44,012 nt of DNA from an uncultured bacterium (lineage in GTDB: Bacteria > Babelota > Babeliae > Babelales > Babelaceae): the NCBI GenBank assembly GCA_963824495.1, contig CAWGPQ010000007.1, forward strand, positions 1-44,012. The letters are read 5' to 3'. The notes under the pieces were generated by a model, which worked only from the letters and a program-made list of their open reading frames with translations, was not told the origin of the DNA and did no database searches. Each line of letters opens with the position of its first letter. The first letter of the stretch is position 1. Shown here in pieces: positions 38,076 through 44,012 of this stretch. A program made the position numbers and the translations under genes.

Positions 38076-38850
38076 TATTCAAGATGCGTAACCCCTTGCG
38101 ATATACAAGTAGAAGACAAGTTAAGCCAAAAATTCCCCATCCCATGAGCAAAGCTATAAGAGTCATACTCGTGTTCAGACTAAAATCCAGAACTAACGCA
38201 CTTCGTTGACCCAAAATACTAGGGAAAGGGGTAAAATGGGCTAAAGTTTGTATCCATTGAGGATATACCGTAAGGGGAAGCATTAATCCTCCCAGCATGA
38301 AAAGAAGCTTCTCCCATATCCAAAATGCTGGACTAACTTCACGTAACCAAAAAGCCGATAGACCAATAAGCATACGAAACATTACTGCAATTACCCCCGA
38401 CGCGAAGCCAACCATGATCGTTACCAATAAAGCTACTGGTTGGAAAGGCAAAGCACCAGTTTGCCACCAGGTAAATAAAAATGTCACACACCCTAAAACA
38501 AGCAGATTTACGCTCAAAGTACCACAAGCTTCAGCGAATGTTGCTCCTAGATACGAAATAGGCCTTGGGAGAAGATAGGCTAAACGGCCGCTTGTAAGAT
38601 CATGTTCCATATCTTCTTGTATGTCAGGAATTGCAATAAGAACCCACTCATTAAGTGCTATATACCAGAGGAGCTGTTCGGGCTTGAAGTTGACTGCACC
38701 TGTTTTTGCTGCAGCAATTTTCCATAGATGAGCAAAAATAATTAAACAGGTTATCAAGAAAATACTTAAGCCAATCAATGCTTTATAATTTTTAAGGGCG
38801 TGCAAAAATGAGAGCTTAAAAACGGCGATATATTTTTGTACTTTAACCAT
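38062..38850 (-). CDS. ABC-2 family transporter permease (DUF990-like)
   Basis: SGRLAYLLPRPISY, LGGLMLPL..YP.W, TPF, C-terminal EGG. Confidence 0.88.
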   Translation of the reverse strand: MVKVQKYIAVFKLSFLHALKNYKALIGLSIFLITCLIIFAHLWKIAAAKTGAVNFKPEQLLWYIALNEWVLIAIPDIQEDMEHDLTSGRLAYLLPRPISYLGATFAEACGTLSVNLLVLGCVTFLFTWWQTGALPFQPVALLVTIMVGFASGVIAVMFRMLIGLSAFWLREVSPAFWIWEKLLFMLGGLMLPLTVYPQWIQTLAHFTPFPSILGQRSALVLDFSLNTSMTLIALLMGWGIFGLTCLLLVYRKGLRILNIEGG

Positions 38851-39832
38851 GAGCTGCTGTTTGATATACCAGTCGTATTATTTCTTCCATAGAAGGATCT
38901 TCAATCGTTATATCTCTGAGAGTCGTCTGATTAAGGGCTTCTTGAATCACACAATCAATAGGTGTTATTTCGACATCTACTTCACAGGCAAAATGATGAT
39001 GCGCATTTTCTAAAATCTTAATTCCCGGAAGCTTTAATAAGAGGCTTTCTCCATCGGTAATCAGCTTAAGGATTTTCTTTTTCGTATATAGCTTTTTCAA
39101 ATCTTTAAGCGCTCTATCAATGATAATCGATCCTTTATCTAATACGATTACACGATTGCAGACGTGCTCAATATCAGCAGTGTCATGTGATGTAAGAAAG
39201 AGCGTGGTACCATGATCTTTAGATAACGTAGTCAAAAGATCGCGGATCATTAATTTCGCATTACTATCTAAACCAATTGTAGGCTCATCTAGAAAGAGAA
39301 TTTTTGGCTTATGGAGCAGACTTGCTACGATTTCACATCGCATTCTCTCTCCCAAAGAAAGCTGACGAACGGGTTTGTGCAAAAAATGTTCTATTTTAAA
39401 AAGATGTACAAGCTTGTTAAGTTGATCTTGATAGGATTGGGGATCAATTTCGTAGATTTTAGCAAGTAAGTTAAAAGTATCGGAAGGGGGCAAGTGATAC
39501 CAGAGTTGGGATCTTTGCCCAAAAACGGTTCCAATATGGTAACCGAGATCGTGTCTATCCCTCCAGGGGATTAAGCCGAGAACTTCAACATTTCCGGAAG
39601 TTGGGTAAAGAATGCCCGTTAACATTTTAATCGTTGTTGACTTTCCTGCGCCATTGGGTCCGATACATGCAACTCGTTCGCCCGCTTGTACTTCAAATGA
39701 CAAGTCTTTAACCACCGTTAATTCACGATTTTTGCCAAAGAACAGACCCTTGAGGGTACCCAAAATGCCTGGAAATGTTTCTCGTGTAACAAATGTCTTG
39801 GATAGCTTATCTGTTTTTATCACTGGAGTCAT
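38843..39832 (-). CDS. ABC transporter ATP-binding protein
   Basis: GPNGAGKST, VFGQRSQLW, LSLGERMR, LFLDEPTIGLD, TSHD. Confidence 0.95.
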   Translation of the reverse strand: MTPVIKTDKLSKTFVTRETFPGILGTLKGLFFGKNRELTVVKDLSFEVQAGERVACIGPNGAGKSTTIKMLTGILYPTSGNVEVLGLIPWRDRHDLGYHIGTVFGQRSQLWYHLPPSDTFNLLAKIYEIDPQSYQDQLNKLVHLFKIEHFLHKPVRQLSLGERMRCEIVASLLHKPKILFLDEPTIGLDSNAKLMIRDLLTTLSKDHGTTLFLTSHDTADIEHVCNRVIVLDKGSIIIDRALKDLKKLYTKKKILKLITDGESLLLKLPGIKILENAHHHFACEVDVEITPIDCVIQEALNQTTLRDITIEDPSMEEIIRLVYQTAAHG

Positions 39833-39993
39833 GAACTGTCGTCTTCGATTTAGGCTTTTTACCGAACTAAACCAAGAAAGTGTTAGGTTTTAACTTGGAA
39901 ATGAATTGGTTTGAGTGTTATGATATACTATCAATACTATAATATTAACATATAAAATTAAGCACAACAAAGAATTTTCTCAAGCATTGATCG

Positions 39994-40197
39994 ATGGCTG
40001 CGGTTCAGGGTAAAAGCATGCGAAAAATCGTTATGGAGTTGATTAATGAGCAATTGTTAACGCATGAAGATGAGGAGTGCCCTTATAGCCATGCACCTAA
40101 TAAAGAAACACTTAAGGCCCTTGAGAATGTTGAAAAGGGAAAAAATCTTGTAAGAGCCAAAGATGCCAAGGATCTTTTTAAGAGACTTGGCATCTAG
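39994..40197 (+). CDS. RelB/DinJ-like antitoxin, probably N-terminally truncated
   Basis: AAVQGKSMRKIV resembles an RHH helix; PNKETLKALENVEKGKNL...KDLFKRLGI resembles the DinJ/RelB C-terminus. Confidence 0.65.
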   Translation: MAAVQGKSMRKIVMELINEQLLTHEDEECPYSHAPNKETLKALENVEKGKNLVRAKDAKDLFKRLGI

Positions 40198-40236
40198 ATA
40201 TTGATTTCTGTCTACGAGCAAAACTTTATCAAGGAT
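40198..40236 (+). pseudogene. Stump of a YafQ/RelE-like toxin
   Basis: Directly after the antitoxin stop, ATA TTG ATT TCT GTC TAC GAG CAA AAC TTT ATC AAG GAT reads (M)LISVYEQNFIKD, like the YafQ-type N-terminus. Similarity then ends. Confidence 0.5.
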
Positions 40237-40306
40237 TGCTTGTGCCTCCCCCTAAGGGTGGCCGTTGAGGAAGGGTGCCTAATCTTACTCCTTGGATAAG
40301 TCTTTC
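40229..40306 (-). repeat. Inverted diverged copy of the last 78 bp of ANK gene 29860..31821
   Basis: 68/78 nt identical to 31744-31821 with no gaps and a 32-nt perfect run. Encodes ERLIQGVRLGTLPQRPPLGGGTSNP*. Confidence 0.92.
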
Positions 40307-40444
40307 GCTAGCAGAATGATAAATGTTTTAGCAACCGCACAACGTCTATTAGCAGTATCACCTTCAGTAGAAGTATATAAGGCACACTGCGAAGGTATAT
40401 CCACTATGCTGGAAGAATTGCCAAAACCGAGCTTGGCGGGATGA

Positions 40445-41656
40445 TTAATTAAGGGAAGTGATTGCTTGCGTGTAGCCTATTAGTGCTTGTGTTAGTGGTT
40501 CGATAAGCGTGTGCCAATCATCACTGTTTACGAGGCCAATCTCGCATCCTAGTGATGGTACTGTAGCCCCGATTAACGGCTTAAAAGGGATGCCAATCGG
40601 TTGTTGAATAAGAGCACGAGCTTCATGATGACGCTGTCGAAGAGCAGTATACAGATACCAGCTGGTCCAAGCTGCTGCGGAAAGCGTGTGTACATGAGCT
40701 TGATTATACGGGTAAAAGTTAAGAGTAGCCTGCTTTTTATGCCAGAAATCTGTGATTGGATGATATAGAAAGTAATAGAAAAATATATGTGTACCTGAAG
40801 ACGTTGGTGGCTCTTGATAACAACTGAGAGTTATATAGAGGTCAACGTTAAGTCGATTAGCAAAAGCAACAGCTTGTAACGGCTCAAGCGTTTGGCCTGG
40901 AGAGCGCGTAATAACTACCTGTATAGTGCGCACTCGAGCTTCGAGTGCTTTTTTAAGCTCTTGAGCACAGGCAAACGTAATGCTTCGTTCAAAAGTATCA
41001 TGAATAGTCCGTCCCGTATAGCGAGCATCACCACTGGGATTGATCATAAGTGTTATAGATGTCTGTTGTGGTTTAAGAGCTGATTTCTGACGAGGTGATT
41101 GCTGGTGGGCTGAAGCAGTGGAGAATCCTGCAAGCGGCCATGGTCGAGAAAAATCGAGATGATCATCGTGAATAGGCTGATGGTGTACAAGAAAACGGAT
41201 GGCAGGTATTTGTATGTTCGTGCTCTTATCACGTAATGTTTTGAGTAAACTTTCAATGCACATGAGCTTATCATAGGTGGGGGCATCTTCAGCAAAAGGA
41301 GCTCTGTCTAATGAAACTATAAGTTCATTTTTGTTAAGATCAACTGTAACAAGCTGTAGTGATACTTTCTGTGGAGTTATATGCTCTTCATCTAAAAGAG
41401 TAAGCCAGCTTTTAATAAGTATGGTACTTTGGTCAAGGATATTCGATGGCCATACAAGTTCTCTACTATCTGTTTTGTAACTATCAGACTGCCAATAGCT
41501 GAGGATAACCTTTTTTTTTGTTCTGACTGCTGCTTGTTGTAGTAGGGGTTTCTGCCATGTTGAGGGAATACTTATAAGAATCCAATTGTGATAAAGACAA
41601 AAAAAAAGACAACCAAACCCTAGGCTCAGTAGAGATATAAAAATAAGATTTTTCAC
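40445..41656 (-). CDS. Membrane-anchored GerMN-like plus degenerate N-acetylmuramoyl-L-alanine amidase (Amidase_3-like) fusion
   Basis: N-terminal TM; IESLLKTL...IRFLV...HLDFSRP is GerMN-like. LMINPSGD, ERSITF, VVITR, ANRLNVDLYITLS and PSLGCEIG follow the Amidase_3 motif order. Confidence 0.72.
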   Translation of the reverse strand: MKNLIFISLLSLGFGCLFFCLYHNWILISIPSTWQKPLLQQAAVRTKKKVILSYWQSDSYKTDSRELVWPSNILDQSTILIKSWLTLLDEEHITPQKVSLQLVTVDLNKNELIVSLDRAPFAEDAPTYDKLMCIESLLKTLRDKSTNIQIPAIRFLVHHQPIHDDHLDFSRPWPLAGFSTASAHQQSPRQKSALKPQQTSITLMINPSGDARYTGRTIHDTFERSITFACAQELKKALEARVRTIQVVITRSPGQTLEPLQAVAFANRLNVDLYITLSCYQEPPTSSGTHIFFYYFLYHPITDFWHKKQATLNFYPYNQAHVHTLSAAAWTSWYLYTALRQRHHEARALIQQPIGIPFKPLIGATVPSLGCEIGLVNSDDWHTLIEPLTQALIGYTQAITSLN

Positions 41657-43833
41657 GATGGCAGAGTAGTTAAAAATTTATATAAAAATGTGACTCTTTT
41701 AAGCGATGTGGCGTTACGTATGGCCATAGCACATGCTTGTGACTGACCAATAAGTATGCATAATTTTTTGGCTCGTGTAATAGCAGTATACACAAGATTT
41801 CTTTGAAGAAGAGTAAAATGTTGCATAAAAAGAGGTATAATAACAGCAGGGTACTCTGATCCTTGGCTCTTATGAATGGTAATAGCATAAGCAAGTACGA
41901 GCTCATGCAGTTCATCAAAGTCGTAATCTATAAGCCGCTCTGAAAACTGGACTTGCAGTATACGTTCATCAAGTAAAACTGATTCTATAATTCCTATATC
42001 ACCATTAAAAACAAGCTTGTCATAATTGTTACGTAATTGCATAACTTTATCGCCTGCTTTAAATACCGACCCAGCACGGGTAACACTGACACTTGGATGA
42101 GGATTCAACAAAAGTTGTAGCTCATGGTTAAGGTGATGTGCCCCGGCGGTTCCCCTGTTCATAGGCACCAAAACAATAGCATCTTCTCGAGCGATACCAT
42201 GCTTGGGTAGCTCTATAAATAGAATACGCTTCAGATGCGTTGTTAATTCTTCTGGCTTATCTTCTTTGATGAATATAAAATCTCGACGAGATGTTGGGCA
42301 ATAGCTCAGTGGAAATTCACCTTTATTGACACGGTGGGCGTTAACGATAATAAGACTATCCTGTGCTTGACGAAAGATTTCGGTAAGTTGTACTTGAGCA
42401 ATGCCATCATATGCTCTACAATCATTGAGAAAATTACCTGCACCAACGGAAGGAAGCTGATCCACATCACCAATTAGTACAAGATGAGCAGTTACTGGAA
42501 GCGCTTTGAGCAACGCATGAGCAAGAAAAATGTCAATCATTGATGCTTCGTCAATAATTAAGAAGTCAGTTTGTAGTGTATTAGATTCGTGATAGGTAAA
42601 ACTCATACTACGCACGTCAAATTCTAAAAGCCGATGAAGCGTTGAGGCTGATCTGCCTGTTCCCTCTGCCATGCGTTTTGCAGCACGTCCTGTCGGCGCA
42701 GCAAGCTTGTAGCGGATACTATGAGCGTCTAAGATAGCAAGAAGCTGTTTAATAAGCGTTGTTTTACCAGTACCGGGTCCACCAGTAATAATGGTGACTT
42801 TATTTTTAAGACATGCAAGAATGCCCTCTTGCTGTGTCTTGTTAAGTATAATGTTTGCGTGTGCGTGATTATGTGCCGCAAGCGAACGAGTAAGTGTGTC
42901 AAGATCGAATACATCTAATGGCGGCTTTTCGATACTGTTTTTTAAACGTCGAGCAACACCAACTTCAGAAAAATAATATGAGGTAAGTGTCAAATAATGA
43001 GCATCGTTATCGTTGACCATCTTGATTTTGTCAGCAGCATAAAGCTCATGCAGGCCTTGCTTGATAAGAGCTGCGTCGGTTTCTTCGTTAAGCTGAAGTA
43101 GCTCAATTGTTTTTTGTTTAAGTGCTGCCAGCTCAACATAAAGATGACCTTGGGTCGTAGCGCTTGTTAGAGCAAAGGTAATGCCCGCTGTAATACGGTG
43201 TGGTGATTCCAAAGCAAACCCGAGTTTTTGGGCAATAGCATCGGCAGTTTTAAATCCAATACCCCAGATATCGTCAGCTAAGCGGTAGGGGTTCTCTTGC
43301 AAGCGAGCAATGGCTTCATGACGGTAGTGTTTATAAATCTTTGATGCATAGGCAGGTGATATGCCTTTTTCTTGCATAAACACCATGAGATTAGCTATTT
43401 CTTTATGTTCTTTCCAAGCTGCAGTTATACGCTCAACACGTGTAGCACCTATGCCTTCGACTTCTTTCAAGCGATCGGGCTGAGTATCGATGACGCGTAA
43501 AATATCAGCACCAAAATAATTAACTAATTTGTCGGCGTATACCATGCCGATACCCTTAATGAGCCCTGAGCCAAGGTATTTTTTTAATCCGACAAGGGTA
43601 GTTGGCAAGCTACTTAGGCATTCACTAATTTCAAATTGCTTGCCAAACTTTTTATGAAAAACCCAGGTACCACGTAACCGTACCTCTTGGCCAACTTGAA
43701 GAGCTGGAACTGATCCCGTTGCAGTAATAGTATCATTATATGCTAGTGCTAGTAAGAATACGGAAAACTCATTGTCAGCGCTTTGATACACAAAGCGCTC
43801 AACGGTTCCTGTTATAACTTCTAGCTCAGCCAT
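41653..43833 (-). CDS. recD2: ATP-dependent RecD-like DNA helicase (RecD2)
   Basis: HKKFGKQF, YLGSGLIKGIG HhH, ENPYRL, TGGPGTGKTT, APTGRAAKR, DEASM, GDVDQLPSVGAG, TIHKSQGSEY, YTAITRAK. Confidence 0.96.
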   Translation of the reverse strand: MAELEVITGTVERFVYQSADNEFSVFLLALAYNDTITATGSVPALQVGQEVRLRGTWVFHKKFGKQFEISECLSSLPTTLVGLKKYLGSGLIKGIGMVYADKLVNYFGADILRVIDTQPDRLKEVEGIGATRVERITAAWKEHKEIANLMVFMQEKGISPAYASKIYKHYRHEAIARLQENPYRLADDIWGIGFKTADAIAQKLGFALESPHRITAGITFALTSATTQGHLYVELAALKQKTIELLQLNEETDAALIKQGLHELYAADKIKMVNDNDAHYLTLTSYYFSEVGVARRLKNSIEKPPLDVFDLDTLTRSLAAHNHAHANIILNKTQQEGILACLKNKVTIITGGPGTGKTTLIKQLLAILDAHSIRYKLAAPTGRAAKRMAEGTGRSASTLHRLLEFDVRSMSFTYHESNTLQTDFLIIDEASMIDIFLAHALLKALPVTAHLVLIGDVDQLPSVGAGNFLNDCRAYDGIAQVQLTEIFRQAQDSLIIVNAHRVNKGEFPLSYCPTSRRDFIFIKEDKPEELTTHLKRILFIELPKHGIAREDAIVLVPMNRGTAGAHHLNHELQLLLNPHPSVSVTRAGSVFKAGDKVMQLRNNYDKLVFNGDIGIIESVLLDERILQVQFSERLIDYDFDELHELVLAYAITIHKSQGSEYPAVIIPLFMQHFTLLQRNLVYTAITRAKKLCILIGQSQACAMAIRNATSLKRVTFLYKFLTTLPS

Positions 43834-43838
43834 AAGAG

Positions 43839-43988
43839 TTATCCACGCTGCGATCGTTTTTCAGCTTCTCGTGCTGCATTTTTTTCTTGCTTATATTTTT
43901 CGAATGATGCCGGACAACTTTGAACAAGAGATTCTAAAAAGCTTATGAGATCATCAAAAAATTCATCGAGAGCATGAAGCGTTGTCAT
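43839..43988 (-). CDS. Short or 3'-fragment hypothetical ORF at the window edge
   Basis: MTTLHALDEFFDDLISFLESLVQSCPASFEKYKQEKNAAREAEKRSQRG* ends 5 nt before the recD2 ATG. The frame hits a TGA at 44010-44012, so the 5' part is uncertain. Confidence 0.4.
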   Translation of the reverse strand: MTTLHALDEFFDDLISFLESLVQSCPASFEKYKQEKNAAREAEKRSQRG

Positions 43989-44012
43989 CAAACAACTCGG
44001 CGGCGCGCCTCA

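Noticed and set aside
43989..44012. Possible frameshift at the window end (EARRRV in another frame joining MTTLHALDEFF)
   Set aside because: Only about 24 nt are visible, so this cannot be evaluated without flanking sequence.

Overview
A gene-dense, AT-rich bacterial chromosomal segment. I found no rRNA, tRNA, CRISPR array or intact mobile element. The gene content (six signal-peptide-bearing ankyrin genes, divergent FtsH-like AAA proteins, scattered housekeeping genes) suggests a host-dependent protist parasite or symbiont, most plausibly Ca. Babelota (Dependentiae/TM6); this is an inference, not a database match. Housekeeping genes are murB, trhO, pheT, lspA, pgpA, comF, two SurA/PrsA-type chaperones, sbcD, glmU, a recO-like gene, an MscK-like channel, an ABC-2 exporter and recD2. 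The strongest lead is an apparent exported ubiquitin-ligase-hijacking toolkit. Three tandem ANK proteins carry F-box-like motifs (33-4866). Two others carry an N-terminal BC-box/SOCS-box-like motif (23054-25284), one fully visible only after repairing a 1-nt frameshift. All six ANK proteins place a Met right after the predicted signal-peptidase site. Features missing from the ORF track include a 111-codon in-frame extension past an amber stop (21059-21394), a candidate rod-like ncRNA (22902-23027), an inverted 78-bp copy of an ANK gene's 3' end (40229-40306) joined to a YafQ-like toxin stump, and an out-of-frame F-box relic (4813-4866). All calls were made by eye from sequence motifs.
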